Shown here: one piece after another, positions 1 through 10,044 of the stretch
Layout: each line of letters opens with the position of its first letter
How positions within the stretch are numbered: the stretch's first letter is position 1
Notes under the pieces: model-generated
Told to the model about the DNA's origin: nothing
The model's database searches: none
The model's input: the letters and a program-made list of their open reading frames with translations, nothing else
Position numbers and translations under genes: made by a program
From: a bacterium
GTDB taxonomy: Bacteria > Oederibacteriota > PGYV01 > Palsa-1178
Assembly: GCA_037138355.1 (NCBI GenBank)
Contig: JBAXIL010000018.1
Span: 1-30,900, forward strand
Direction: 5' to 3'
Length of the DNA stretch: 30,900 nt

Positions 1-913
1 ATGATAAAGCTTGTCTTACTTTTTTATCTTTAAAAAGTGGATTTGTCTGATTGTATCCTATATATATAAATCTAAGCGCAGGATATTGAAACTTATTAAA
101 GTTATCAGTAAAATCCGAAGTATTTGTTTTCTTTAAATACTGATCAGGTGTCAAAGCCATCATATCTATATTCCCAGATTGCAAATTCATAAACTGTACT
201 GATTGATCAGGAATAAACATATTTGCATACCCTGATATATATGGCGCACCTTCAAAATAAGTTTTATTCGCTATAAGTTCTATCTTTTGACTGGTGATCC
301 ATTTTTTAAATCTGTATGGACCTGTTCCTATGGGAGCCCTATTAAAAGGGGTTTTATTTATGTCTACACCTTCTAATAAATGTGCAGGAAGCATCCACAT
401 ACCCCAAGATTCTAAAGCAGGTGCATAAACTTTTTTGTAATATACTTTAAAAGTATATTTGTCAGGGGTTTCTACTTTGTCCACCAATTCAAAATTAGAC
501 CTATAAGCTGTTTTGACTGTTGGGTCCATAAACTTGTCATAAGTAAACTTGCAATCACGGGATGTAAACTCTACTCCATCTTGCCACATAACACCTTTGC
601 GTAGAAAAAAAGTAATTTGTTTTCCATCAGGAGAGACCAACCATTTTTCCGCTAACTCACCTTCGAGATTTAAGTTTTTATCATAACGAACAAGTCCGTT
701 AAACATCATACTGATAATACCTTGTGAAGCAGCATCAGATGCTAAAACGGGATTTAAAGTGGCGGCTTCTCCAATATCAGAATCAATTAAGACATCTCCA
801 AAAGCTGGTTTGTCTATATAATCTTTTTTCATTTTATATTTGGATTTATGACTACAGGAAATAGAAAAAATAATAATTAATAGCAGAACTACTATTGCTT
901 TTAATATGCGCAT
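1..913 (-). CDS. Peptide/nickel ABC transporter substrate-binding lipoprotein (family 5), 3' end runs off the window
   Basis: Not in the ORF track; manual translation from ATG at 913 gives MRILKAIVVLLLIIIFSISC (lipobox), LNPVLASDAAS, FNGLVRYD, ELAEKW, FFLRKGVVWQDG, PIGTGPYRF, typical OppA/AppA motifs; SD-like AAGGGGG upstream. Confidence 0.9.
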   Translation of the reverse strand, partial: MRILKAIVVLLLIIIFSISCSHKSKYKMKKDYIDKPAFGDVLIDSDIGEAATLNPVLASDAASQGIISMMFNGLVRYDKNLNLEGELAEKWLVSPDGKQITFFLRKGVMWQDGVEFTSRDCKFTYDKFMDPTVKTAYRSNFELVDKVETPDKYTFKVYYKKVYAPALESWGMWMLPAHLLEGVDINKTPFNRAPIGTGPYRFKKWITSQKIELIANKTYFEGAPYISGYANMFIPDQSVQFMNLQSGNIDMMALTPDQYLKKTNTSDFTDNFNKFQYPALRFIYIGYNQTNPLFKDKKVRQALS

Positions 914-934
914 TTAAAGCCCCCTTAAAAGTAG

Positions 935-970
935 AAAAGCCATTGCAGGTTTAAGCCCACAATGGCTTTT
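935..970 (-). terminator. Hairpin downstream of secG (intrinsic terminator or attenuator)
   Basis: Inverted repeat AAAAGCCATTG (935-945) / CAATGGCTTTT (960-970), ending in a U-run on the minus strand. Confidence 0.65.
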
Positions 971-986
971 ACTTATATGACTTTAT

Positions 987-1346
987 TTATTTGCTTGTTG
1001 CAGGTTTGGAAGCAGGTGCTGCTTGGTCTGGCTGTGCCTGAGTCGTTGTTCCTGGAACTGCTGGTGCTTCTGTTTTTACGGTGTTCAAAACTCCCTGATA
1101 ACCATTTGCTTTTTTTGATTGAAACAAAGCAAGGAAAATCGAAGTAGCCATAAAAAGAACTGCAAGTATTATGGTGAACCTCGTGATAAATGTCTTTCCT
1201 CCGCCTGAGCCAAGCATGGTCTGGGCTGCACCCGAACCAAAAGCAAAACCAACTTCAGAACCCTTACCTGTCTGTAAAAGCACTATCGCAATAAGCAGTA
1301 TTACATTTATTACATGTATTCCCCAAACGATGTTATATAGTAACAT
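987..1346 (-). CDS. secG: Preprotein translocase subunit SecG
   Basis: VLLQTGKGSEVGFAFGSG motif, two TM helices, conserved position after tpiA. Confidence 0.95.
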   Translation of the reverse strand: MLLYNIVWGIHVINVILLIAIVLLQTGKGSEVGFAFGSGAAQTMLGSGGGKTFITRFTIILAVLFMATSIFLALFQSKKANGYQGVLNTVKTEAPAVPGTTTQAQPDQAAPASKPATSK

Positions 1347-1364
1347 TTATTACTCCTTCTCTAT

Positions 1365-2126
1365 CTATCGATAGAATTTAACTATGGCTTCAAATGAATC
1401 TGCTTTCAAAGCGGCTCCGCCTACTAAGGCTCCGTCAATATCAGGCATATTCATTAAAGTCTTGGCGTTATCCGGTTTAACCGATCCGCCGTATTGTATT
1501 CTTACTGATTGTGCAGTGGCTTCGTCATAAAGCGAAGTTATTGTTTCTCTTATGAACTTATGAACTGCTTGCGCCTGATCTGGTGTGGCTGTTTTACCTG
1601 TGCCGATTGCCCATACTGGTTCATAAGCAATTACTATATTTATCATTTTTTCTTTTGGTATTCCTGCCAAGCCACCGACTATATGATTTTTAACTATGTC
1701 GTTGGTGATTCCCTTTTCTCTTTCTTCAAGCTTTTCTCCAACACAAAGTATTGGGAACAAGCCGTATTCAAGAGCCATTTTAACTTTGGTATTTATTATT
1801 TCATTTGTTTCGTGAAAAAACTGTCTTCTCTCGGAATGTCCCAGTATAACATAATGACATCCTACAGAGCGAAGCATAAGTGGTGAAATTTCGCCAGTAA
1901 ATGCCCCTTCCTGAGCTGGATACATGTTCTGTGCACCTAAGGCAATGTTTGACCCTTTGACAACAGCACTCACTGCCTGTAGGTCAATATAAGGTGGACA
2001 AATAGCTATTTCCACTTTGTCCATTGCTGCATCTTTTAAAACATTTTTTAATGAAGTAGCAAGTTCTACCGCTTCATTGATGTCTTTGTACATTTTCCAA
2101 TTTCCTGCGATTAATGGTATCCTCAA
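1365..2126 (-). CDS. tpiA: Triosephosphate isomerase
   Basis: AGNWKM, GHSERR, AYEPVWAIGTG, YGGSVK, GALVGGA motifs; TTG start with GGAGG SD. Confidence 0.98.
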   Translation of the reverse strand: MRIPLIAGNWKMYKDINEAVELATSLKNVLKDAAMDKVEIAICPPYIDLQAVSAVVKGSNIALGAQNMYPAQEGAFTGEISPLMLRSVGCHYVILGHSERRQFFHETNEIINTKVKMALEYGLFPILCVGEKLEEREKGITNDIVKNHIVGGLAGIPKEKMINIVIAYEPVWAIGTGKTATPDQAQAVHKFIRETITSLYDEATAQSVRIQYGGSVKPDNAKTLMNMPDIDGALVGGAALKADSFEAIVKFYR

Positions 2127-2180
2127 ATTATTGCCTCCGTTAAGTTATCTCAATTATTATTACAAATGAGAGTATTTATT

Positions 2181-3401
2181 TTATTTATTTGTTAAAGCCG
2201 CAACTCCAGGAAGCTCGGTTCCTTCCATAAACTCCATAGAAGCTCCGCCACCTGTAGAAACATGAGTCATTTTATCTGTTAACTTTAATTTTTTTAACGC
2301 AGCAGCAGAGTCTCCGCCACCTACAACTGTTACTGCACCTGATTCTGCTAAGGCTTTACCTACTTCCATAGTACCTTTTGAGAATTGTTCAACTTCACAA
2401 ACTCCCATAGGTCCATTCCAAAATATAGTTTTTGCTTTCATTATAATATTTTTAAATTTTTCAATTGTGTTAAAACCTATATCAACGCCTTCCCAACCTG
2501 CATCTATTGAATCTCTAAGCACTGTTTTATATTCAGCTGTCTGTAAAGCAGTCATAAAGTCAACGCCTTTAGGTGGTGTTTTAACTACTATGTGATCTAT
2601 AGGAAGATATATAGATACATTTTTATCCATTGCTTTCTTCATTATGTCTTTTGCGGTGGCAATTTTATCTTTTTCACAAAGGGAGTCGCCTATCTCGCGA
2701 CCTTTTGCTTGAAGAAAAGTGTAAGCCATACCGCCACCTATGATAATACCATCTACAATATTTAAAAGATTTTCTATAACCATTATTTTATCTGATACTT
2801 TTGCCCCACCCAAGATTGCTAAAAATGGTTTTTTTGGATTTGATAATAGCTCGCCTAAAAATTGCAATTCTTTTTGCATAAGAAAACCAGCAGCGCATTT
2901 CTTAATATATTTACAAACGCCTTCTGTGGAAGCGTGTGCTCTGTGGGCCGTTCCAAAAGCATCATTGATATATATATCGCCCAAAGTAGCAAGCTTTTTT
3001 GAAAATTCAGGATCATTGCCTTCTTCTTCTTTATAAAATCTCAAGTTTTCAAGGAGCATTACTTCGCCATCTTTTAATTCGTCAGCCATTTTTTTAACTT
3101 CATCGCCTATGCAATCAGAAGCAAACTTAACTGGTTTTCCAAGCAGTTCAGAAAGTTTTACTGCAACCACATTCAAAGAAAACTCAAGGGCCTTTTTTCC
3201 TTTTGGTCTGCCCAAATGCGACATTAATATAAGACGGCTACCTTTTTCAATTACATATTTTATTGACGGAAGAGAAGCTTTAATTCTTGCGTCTGAAGTA
3301 ATAACTCTTTGTGAGTCCAATGGCACATTGAAATCAACGCGCATTAAAACCTTTTTACCGCGAATATCTCCTGCTAAATCTTCTATAGATAATTTGGCCA
3401 T
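2181..3401 (-). CDS. pgk: Phosphoglycerate kinase
   Basis: RVDFNVP, SHLGRP, LLENLRF, DAFGTAHRAHAS, GGAKVSDK, HVSTGGGAS motifs. Confidence 0.98.
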   Translation of the reverse strand: MAKLSIEDLAGDIRGKKVLMRVDFNVPLDSQRVITSDARIKASLPSIKYVIEKGSRLILMSHLGRPKGKKALEFSLNVVAVKLSELLGKPVKFASDCIGDEVKKMADELKDGEVMLLENLRFYKEEEGNDPEFSKKLATLGDIYINDAFGTAHRAHASTEGVCKYIKKCAAGFLMQKELQFLGELLSNPKKPFLAILGGAKVSDKIMVIENLLNIVDGIIIGGGMAYTFLQAKGREIGDSLCEKDKIATAKDIMKKAMDKNVSIYLPIDHIVVKTPPKGVDFMTALQTAEYKTVLRDSIDAGWEGVDIGFNTIEKFKNIIMKAKTIFWNGPMGVCEVEQFSKGTMEVGKALAESGAVTVVGGGDSAAALKKLKLTDKMTHVSTGGGASMEFMEGTELPGVAALTNK

Positions 3402-3437
3402 ATTGATTCTCCTGGATTATAATGTCATTTTTAAAAT

Positions 3438-3468
3438 CCAGAGGCGTTGTTTATCACAACGCCCCTGG
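3438..3468 (-). terminator. Stem-loop between gap and pgk (partial terminator or mRNA stabiliser)
   Basis: Minus strand CCAGGGGCGTTGT-GATAA-ACAACGCCTCTGG followed by ATTTT. Confidence 0.6.
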
Positions 3469-3493
3469 TGTGTTTGCTATGTTAAACTTTTAT

Positions 3494-4507
3494 TTACAGG
3501 CCTTTGCTAACCATATAATCAGCTAAGTCAACAACTCTGCAGGAATATCCCCATTCATTGTCATACCATGAAAGGATTTTTACCATATTGCCAACTACAT
3601 ATGTGCAATCTCCGTCAATAGTTGACGAGTGTGAATCATTTAAAAAGTCATGAGAAACAAGCGGAAGGTCTGTGTAAGCAAGTATTCCTTTGAGTTCACC
3701 TTCTGCTGCTGCTTTTAAGTAACCATTTACTTCTTCTTTTGTAATATCTTTTTTCATTTCAAAAGTTACATCCACGGCTGACACATTAGGTGTCGGAACG
3801 CGCATGGCGTAACCATTGAGCTTGCCTTTCATTTCAGGCATTACAAGTGCAATTGCTTTTGCTGCGCCTGTGGATGTTGGTATCATGGAAATAGCTGCAC
3901 CTCTTGCCCTTCTCAAATCGCTGTGGGGTGCATCAAGAATTTTCTGGTCGTTTGTGTATGAGTGAATCGTAGTCATAAGACCTTTTACGATTCCGATTTT
4001 GTCTTGAAGAACTTTTGTGAAAGGTGCTAAGCAGTTTGTTGTGCAAGAAGCATTTGATACGATATTATGTAATTTTGGATCGTATTCTTTTTCGTTTACG
4101 CCCATTACAAATGTCTTATCTTCGCCCTTTGCTGGTGCAGAAATGATAACTTTTTTTACTGACCCATTAACCATGTGAAGCTTTGCTTTTTCTTTATCAG
4201 TAAAGAAACCTGTTGATTCAATAACCATTTCTATGCCGAGAGTATTCCACTTTATGTTTGCAGGATCTTTTTCTTTGAAAACCTTGATTTTTTTACCATT
4301 GATAACTACATCTTCACCATCTGCTGATACATCTCCTGCAAAAACTCCCTGTACTGAATCATACTTGAAAAGATGTGCAAGTGTTTTAGCATCTGTTAAG
4401 TCGTTTACTGCTACCACTTCTATAAGACTGTTCTTCTTAGCAAGCAGAGCTTTCAAAACATTTCTGCCTATGCGTCCAAAACCATTAATACCTACTTTTA
4501 CCGCCAT
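3494..4507 (-). CDS. gap: Type I glyceraldehyde-3-phosphate dehydrogenase
   Basis: [27 protein letters not shown]; start moved to ATG 4507 (MAVKVG) behind GGAGG. Confidence 0.98.
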   Translation of the reverse strand: MAVKVGINGFGRIGRNVLKALLAKKNSLIEVVAVNDLTDAKTLAHLFKYDSVQGVFAGDVSADGEDVVINGKKIKVFKEKDPANIKWNTLGIEMVIESTGFFTDKEKAKLHMVNGSVKKVIISAPAKGEDKTFVMGVNEKEYDPKLHNIVSNASCTTNCLAPFTKVLQDKIGIVKGLMTTIHSYTNDQKILDAPHSDLRRARGAAISMIPTSTGAAKAIALVMPEMKGKLNGYAMRVPTPNVSAVDVTFEMKKDITKEEVNGYLKAAAEGELKGILAYTDLPLVSHDFLNDSHSSTIDGDCTYVVGNMVKILSWYDNEWGYSCRVVDLADYMVSKGL

Positions 4508-4567
4508 ATCCTTACCTCCATTTGTTTGGTTTAGCAGCGTATAATACACGCGCTTAAATATCGCTAA

Positions 4568-4595
4568 ATTATATTATATTGAGCAAATTTGTCAA
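4568..4595 (-). promoter_or_regulatory. Sigma70-type promoter of the gap operon
   Basis: Minus strand TTGACA (4595-4590), 16 nt, TATAAT (4573-4568). Confidence 0.75.
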
Positions 4596-4680
4596 TGTTT
4601 TTTTGAATGATAGGTTTTAACTGAAAAAGGTATTTGAAATGGTATGAAGTCACAAAAGCACCTGTCAAAAAAGAAAATTA

Positions 4681-4708
4681 TTGACAAAATATAGTGTTTT
4701 GGTATAAT
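4681..4708 (+). promoter_or_regulatory. Consensus sigma70-type promoter with extended -10 for the plus-strand lipoprotein gene
   Basis: TTGACA (4681-4686), 16 nt, TATAAT (4703-4708) preceded by TGn. Confidence 0.8.
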
Positions 4709-4748
4709 AATACCAGTTTAGTAGGATAATTCATTTGGGGGTGTGTCT

Positions 4749-5300
4749 ATGAAAAGTAATCTATTGGTTATGGTTTTTGTTGTTATTGTTCTTTTAATTA
4801 TGTCTATGATTGGTTGTACTAAAAGCACTACTTCTTTAGCAGCAGTTCCAACTGTTTGTGGTTTTATTGCTGGTCATAATGCAAATGATGAAACTACTCA
4901 CGCAACGAATGGCATATTATTGGGGGTTTCATTTACTGCCTCAACTAATCTGTCTTTGAAATCAATTTCTGCTAAATTTGATAATGCAGGATCATTCGCT
5001 TTGGGTGTTTATTCAGATAGTGCTGGACTTCCAGGAACTTTATTAGGTCAAACTTTGGAACAGCAATCAGTTATTGGGTGGAACTCGGTTACTCTAACAC
5101 CTATCAGCATAATTTCTGGAACAAAATATTGGTTAGTAGTAGGTGCGCCAGGTGCTTCCATATATTTAAGTGCAGTGGCCGTATATAGTTCGATAAAAAT
5201 GGGCAGTTTTTATAGTGCCCTCTTACCAACAAATCCTACACCAGCAGATTGGACTGAAGTATACTATTTACCTGAAATGTATGCAAGCGGATGCAATTAA
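4749..5300 (+). CDS. Hypothetical lipoprotein with a predicted beta-rich extracellular domain
   Basis: Basic N-terminus, hydrophobic stretch and MIGC lipobox; GVYSDSAGLPGTLLG and GTKYWLV segments recall beta-sandwich surface domains; own promoter; ATG 4749 preferred over GTG 4743 from SD spacing. Confidence 0.75.
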   Translation: MKSNLLVMVFVVIVLLIMSMIGCTKSTTSLAAVPTVCGFIAGHNANDETTHATNGILLGVSFTASTNLSLKSISAKFDNAGSFALGVYSDSAGLPGTLLGQTLEQQSVIGWNSVTLTPISIISGTKYWLVVGAPGASIYLSAVAVYSSIKMGSFYSALLPTNPTPADWTEVYYLPEMYASGCN

Positions 5301-5313
5301 TATAATATAACTA

Positions 5314-6324
5314 TTATTTTAAGAGCTTAACTGCTATTTTATAGACTTCGTCAGGAGTTATCATTTCCATAGGTTGCATTGATTTGGTGCGGAATTGTTT
5401 TGAATTAATATCGTTGCCTGCTTTAGCGACCTCTTCCAAATGAGATAACTTATAATGTCCGTCTTTTTCTTTATATGGATGCCATTCCACAGGATTTTCT
5501 GGTCCAAATAAAGTAAGAGTTTTAATTCCTAAAGCAGCTGCCATGTGGCGAAGACCTGAATCATTACCGATAAATAGTTGAAGCTTCTTAATAAAAAATG
5601 CTAATTTTAAAAAATCAAGTCCGCAAAATAGCTTTGCCTGTTCACCAATACCTGCGACTATTGTCTCACCTATGCGTCTTTCATTTGCAGAACAAAAAAC
5701 AGATATTTTATATCCTTTTGTAACAAGGCGTTTACCTATTTCTATGTAGCCCGTTTTGGTCCACATTTTATTTTCTCTTTTAGCGCCTATACCTAAACCC
5801 ACAGTAAGAAATACTTCTTCATCATCTATATATTTAGTGTGTTTATTATTTAATTTAAGTTCTGTCTTTTTCATTGAGTCCGTTATGGGTGCCAACTTCA
5901 AAGGATTTAAGGTGTCTAAGTCCCTTTCTATTATGTTCTTAGGTGCTTCTATAATGTCCAAAGGAACTGAAGTAAAATAATCTTTACCACTATGATTATG
6001 CACCAGACGAAACTTTGCGCCAGACAATAAGGCAATTAAAGCACTTCTGAAGGTAGCGTGGAGATTGACACAAAGATCAAAATCGTATTTGCGAAGTTTG
6101 AAAATGAGGCGCCAAAAATCAAGAGGGTCGTTTTTGTCATAAGTAATAACTTCACTGACATAAGGTAGTAAGTATTTGAAGTTTTCGTATTCCTTTTTTA
6201 GTACATAGATTATCTTGGGATTGGCACAATTATAATCAAGAACTTTTAATACAGGCGTGGATAAAACAATATCTCCTATATCTCGAAGTTTTATTACAAG
6301 TATATTTTTTATAGGTTTAAGCAT
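5314..6324 (-). CDS. Glycosyltransferase family 9 (ADP-heptose:LPS heptosyltransferase-like)
   Basis: ILVIKLRDIGDIVLSTP N-terminal motif and FIGNDSGLRHMAAALG...LFGP motif. Confidence 0.92.
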   Translation of the reverse strand: MLKPIKNILVIKLRDIGDIVLSTPVLKVLDYNCANPKIIYVLKKEYENFKYLLPYVSEVITYDKNDPLDFWRLIFKLRKYDFDLCVNLHATFRSALIALLSGAKFRLVHNHSGKDYFTSVPLDIIEAPKNIIERDLDTLNPLKLAPITDSMKKTELKLNNKHTKYIDDEEVFLTVGLGIGAKRENKMWTKTGYIEIGKRLVTKGYKISVFCSANERRIGETIVAGIGEQAKLFCGLDFLKLAFFIKKLQLFIGNDSGLRHMAAALGIKTLTLFGPENPVEWHPYKEKDGHYKLSHLEEVAKAGNDINSKQFRTKSMQPMEMITPDEVYKIAVKLLK

Positions 6325-6386
6325 TTTAGTTTGACCTTGTATTAAAAAGATTTAAGGTAAGTCTGGGTATTAAACAACTTTCTTGT

Positions 6387-7175
6387 TTATGGTTTGTATA
6401 ATTCGTAATGTTCATTGAGCAGTTTATTGACTTTATCTTCTTTTGCTTTAATCATTTCCTGATATTTGAAGACATAAGTTTTAAAGAGCTCATTAAACTT
6501 ATCGATTTGTTTTTTTAGATAAAACATATCTTCGTCATTGTGTTTGTATTTGAGTTCCACTTCGTTAGTACGCTGAATCTGATCGCTGTATTTTTTCAAA
6601 AGTTGTTCCACGCGGGCTTGATTCTTTTCTGCAATTTTATAATCTTCATTAAATTCATTTGCCCATTCTTCAGCAAGTGCTAAAGTTTGTTCGGTCTTAT
6701 CTACAGTGCCTTCCCACTCATACTCAACCTGATCTCTTTTATCCAATAGAGCTTGAGTGTGTAGTTTTCCTACTACCTTTCCCATCTCGTTATAGTTATT
6801 CATGAAATTTTTTCTAAAGGCAGCATTATAGTTTTTTGTTTCTTTATTGTCTTTTATAATTATGGATTTGGTATCTCCGAGAAGGTTCCACACTTCTTTT
6901 TCAGGCGTTTTTACAGAATATATAGGAGTGAAAGTAGGAACTGGGGTGTGGATTAAGCTGTCATCATTGAATACGGCGGCCTCGGTTCCAGGTCCTTTCA
7001 CCATACCCATACTCAATGGGTCTTGTGAAGTACTTCCGTTTGAGGTAGCTGGTTTTTTACTGCTTGATTTGGAAGATGACTTTTTTGATGGTGTTGGCTC
7101 AGCTGCTGCATACAAGCCAACCGCCAGAAAACATAATATTAAAAGCGCAATAAAATATTTCGTCATTAATCGCAT
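6387..7175 (-). CDS. Hypothetical exported protein with Ser/Lys-rich linker and helical C-terminus
   Basis: 262-aa ORF, signal peptide ending near LYA-AA, AGGAGG SD; no recognised family. Confidence 0.75.
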   Translation of the reverse strand: MRLMTKYFIALLILCFLAVGLYAAAEPTPSKKSSSKSSSKKPATSNGSTSQDPLSMGMVKGPGTEAAVFNDDSLIHTPVPTFTPIYSVKTPEKEVWNLLGDTKSIIIKDNKETKNYNAAFRKNFMNNYNEMGKVVGKLHTQALLDKRDQVEYEWEGTVDKTEQTLALAEEWANEFNEDYKIAEKNQARVEQLLKKYSDQIQRTNEVELKYKHNDEDMFYLKKQIDKFNELFKTYVFKYQEMIKAKEDKVNKLLNEHYELYKP

Positions 7176-7252
7176 AAAACCTCCTGGTTTTTAAAGATGT
7201 TTTATTCTAACTTATTATATCGTGTAAAGTCAATCTATAAAACTTTTACGAA

Positions 7253-7969
7253 CTAACCCTTAATTGCCTTTAACATTTCTTTTACTGCTCTATCCATGCC
7301 AACCATGACTGCTCTGGCAATTATGTTATGTCCTATGTTTAAATCTTCTATTCCTTTTATGGCTGCTATTTTTCCGGCATTTTTATAAGTTAAGCCATGT
7401 CCAGCATTGACTTTGAGGCCGAGTGATTGAGCATATATTGTTCCTGCTTTAATTCTTTCAAGCTCAAGTTTTTCTTCTCTTGCCGTTTTAGCATTGGCGT
7501 ACTTGCCCGTGTGTATTTCTATATATGCAGCACCAACTTCTTTGGCCGCTTGTATTTGTTTTGCATTTGCCTCAATAAATAAGCTCACAGGAATTTTTTT
7601 TGCATTGAATTTGGTAATAGTAGTTTTAAGAAGTTTAAAGTTACTAAGTACATTTAGTCCGCCTTCTGTTGTGAGTTCTTGTCTTTTTTCAGGTACTAAT
7701 GTGACTTCGTCAGGTACTATGGACAAAGCTTTTTTTACTATGTCAGCACTTAATGACATTTCAAGATTAAATTTCTTTTTGACTATTTTTTTAAGCTTCT
7801 CAACATCTTTATCGTTTATATGTCTGCGGTCTTCTCTTAGGTGAACAGTGATTCCATCTGCCCCTGCTTTTTCAACTATCATAGCAGCGTCCACAGGATT
7901 TGGAACGATATCCATGCGTGCTTGTCTTATGGTTGCCACATGATCTATGTTAACGCATAGCTTTGCCAT
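7253..7969 (-). CDS. pdxJ: Pyridoxine 5'-phosphate synthase
   Basis: VNIDHVATIRQAR, ITVHLREDRRHI, LVPEKRQELTTEGG, NAGHGL, LNIGH motifs. Confidence 0.97.
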   Translation of the reverse strand: MAKLCVNIDHVATIRQARMDIVPNPVDAAMIVEKAGADGITVHLREDRRHINDKDVEKLKKIVKKKFNLEMSLSADIVKKALSIVPDEVTLVPEKRQELTTEGGLNVLSNFKLLKTTITKFNAKKIPVSLFIEANAKQIQAAKEVGAAYIEIHTGKYANAKTAREEKLELERIKAGTIYAQSLGLKVNAGHGLTYKNAGKIAAIKGIEDLNIGHNIIARAVMVGMDRAVKEMLKAIKG

Positions 7970-8379
7970 TAAACAGCCACCTTTTGACTTTTTGATTTTT
8001 TTAATTCTATCTCTATTTGATAAGGGGTTATATTTTTTATATCTAATCCTCTTGGCATAAACTTTATATTTAAGGGTGTTATCCTATAATTGTTTTTGCC
8101 TTCATGCGATTCTTTAAGATTAATAATAATTATCATTTCTTTTTTGTTAATATTATTTACTATGTCTCGCCTACCTGTTAAACCTAAGTCAACTGTATTT
8201 GAAACTTTATTGACTATCTGCATATCAGCAGGAAAATTATCAAACTGCACAGGCGCACTAACTACCACGCTTAAATTTTGTTCGCTCGCTAAATAAAACC
8301 AAAGTATCAAAGCCACAAGTATAGAGCCAAGCTTATACTGCCAATTATTGAAAAAAAACTTTTTTAATGCGTCTGTCAT
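7969..8379 (-). CDS. cdaR: CdaR/YbbR-like regulator of diadenylate cyclase (single YbbR domain)
   Basis: NNWQYKLGSILVALILWFY TM signature; directly after cdaA; ATG 8379 behind GAGGAGG. Confidence 0.85.
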   Translation of the reverse strand: MTDALKKFFFNNWQYKLGSILVALILWFYLASEQNLSVVVSAPVQFDNFPADMQIVNKVSNTVDLGLTGRRDIVNNINKKEMIIIINLKESHEGKNNYRITPLNIKFMPRGLDIKNITPYQIEIELKKSKSQKVAV

Positions 8380-8403
8380 ATTTCCTCCTCTACTAAATAT
8401 CAA

Positions 8404-9180
8404 TTAATGTAATTTGGGTGCGTACAATGATAATATTTCTAATAGTGTTTCTCCGTTAATATCAGGAGTTATTTTACCTGCAATAGCCAAAGAAATACTC
8501 TTTCTTTCTTCCGACACTATTATGGTTATGGCATCAGTCTCTTCGGATATACCTAAAGCTGCTCTGTGTCTCATACCGTATCTCTTGTCTACATCTTCTT
8601 TTTGGGTCAAAGGAAGTATGCATCCTGCAGCGGCGATTCTGCCTTCACGAATAATAACAGCTCCATCATGAAGCGGCGACTTTGGATTAAACAAGGAAAT
8701 TAAAAGTTCTGAGGATGTTTCAGCATCAAGCATTGTTCCAGTTTCCATGAAACCTTTTAAGTTTACTTCTCTTTCAAGCACTATGAGTGCACCTGTTTTT
8801 TTCTTAGCAAGTATTTCTGAAGTTATTTTTATTTCTCTGTATAATTGACCATGTTCTTTGAAAATGAATTTAAATATTCTGTTTTGACCAAACTCGACAA
8901 GCCCTCTTCTGAGCTCAGGTTGAAAGACAATAATAAATGCAATTATCCAAATAGCGCTTAAACCTGTAAGTATCCAAGACATTGCTGTCAAATGAAGTAG
9001 TTTTGAAATAGCTACAAGGACAAGTATGATACCAAAGCCCTTTAACATTTGTATGGCTCTGCTTTCACGCAGAAGTATAAAAAGATTGTATAAAATGAAT
9101 GTAACGAGAAGTATATCTAAAACATCATTCCATCTCATACCTGCAAAGGTACTTAAAACAGCCTGAATTCTTTCGTTCAT
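8404..9180 (-). CDS. cdaA: Membrane diadenylate cyclase CdaA/DacA
   Basis: Three N-terminal TMs, VFQPELRR, SPLHDGA and GMRHRAA catalytic motifs. Confidence 0.95.
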   Translation of the reverse strand: MNERIQAVLSTFAGMRWNDVLDILLVTFILYNLFILLRESRAIQMLKGFGIILVLVAISKLLHLTAMSWILTGLSAIWIIAFIIVFQPELRRGLVEFGQNRIFKFIFKEHGQLYREIKITSEILAKKKTGALIVLEREVNLKGFMETGTMLDAETSSELLISLFNPKSPLHDGAVIIREGRIAAAGCILPLTQKEDVDKRYGMRHRAALGISEETDAITIIVSEERKSISLAIAGKITPDINGETLLEILSLYAPKLH

Positions 9181-9201
9181 AAAAACTCCTTTCTTAAAAA
9201 A

Positions 9202-10044
9202 CTATTTATAGTCAGTCATGGCTCTTGTCATTAAGGCAGTTTCTCTCATTTCCTTCACATCGTGCACTCGAAGTATGTCAGCGCCTTTAGCAGTACAAAG
9301 AGCCACTGAAGCTGCGGTTCCAAAAAGTCTTTTATCAGCATCAAGTCCCAAAACTTTTCCTATCATTGACTTTCTTGAAGTTCCTATAAGTACCGGCAGT
9401 CTAAATCTTTTAAACTCAGAAAACTGGTCTATGATTTCAAAATTATTTTTTAATGTTTTGCCAAACCCTATACCTGGATCCAAGATGATATTATCTTTAC
9501 TCAGTCCTGCTGCAAGAGCGATTGCAATTTGTTGTTTAAAGAAATCATTTATATCACTAACTACTCCATTCGCCGAATATACTGGATTTTCTTGCATGGT
9601 TTCTGGTGTACCTTTTATATGCATTATAATAAAACCTGCTTTAGCAGCAGCCGCGATTTTCATTATTTTTGGCTCGTAGGTTCCACCTGAGATGTCGTTA
9701 ATAATGTCTGCGCCTGCTCTAAGAGCATTTTCTGCTACGACTGCCTTGTAAGTATCCACTGATATGAGAATGTTGCTGTCTGCAGCCCTAATCTCGCTTA
9801 TTACTGAAACAATGCGTTGGCTTTCCTCTTCGGCAGATATTTTTACTGCCCCAGGTCTTGTGGACTCGCCGCCTATGTCTATAATATCGGCTTTATCTTT
9901 AATCATATCAAGTGCGTGCGCTAAAGCCTTTGCCTTGTCAAAAAACATTCCCCCATCTGAAAAAGAATCGGGAGTAATATTTAGTATGCCCATTATTCTT
10001 ATAGTGTTGAAATCTATTTCTAATCCGCGTGCCTTAAATAGCAT
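9202..10044 (-). CDS. folP: Dihydropteroate synthase
   Basis: MGILNITPDSFSDGG, DIGGESTRPG, DPGIGFGK, SRKS, RVHDV motifs. Confidence 0.97.
   Translation of the reverse strand: MLFKARGLEIDFNTIRIMGILNITPDSFSDGGMFFDKAKALAHALDMIKDKADIIDIGGESTRPGAVKISAEEESQRIVSVISEIRAADSNILISVDTYKAVVAENALRAGADIINDISGGTYEPKIMKIAAAAKAGFIIMHIKGTPETMQENPVYSANGVVSDINDFFKQQIAIALAAGLSKDNIILDPGIGFGKTLKNNFEIIDQFSEFKRFRLPVLIGTSRKSMIGKVLGLDADKRLFGTAASVALCTAKGADILRVHDVKEMRETALMTRAMTDYK

Noticed and set aside
7204..7233. Promoter candidate upstream of the 6387-7175 gene
   Set aside because: TTGACT pairs only with TAGAAT at 18 nt or TATAAT at 8 nt; too ambiguous to call
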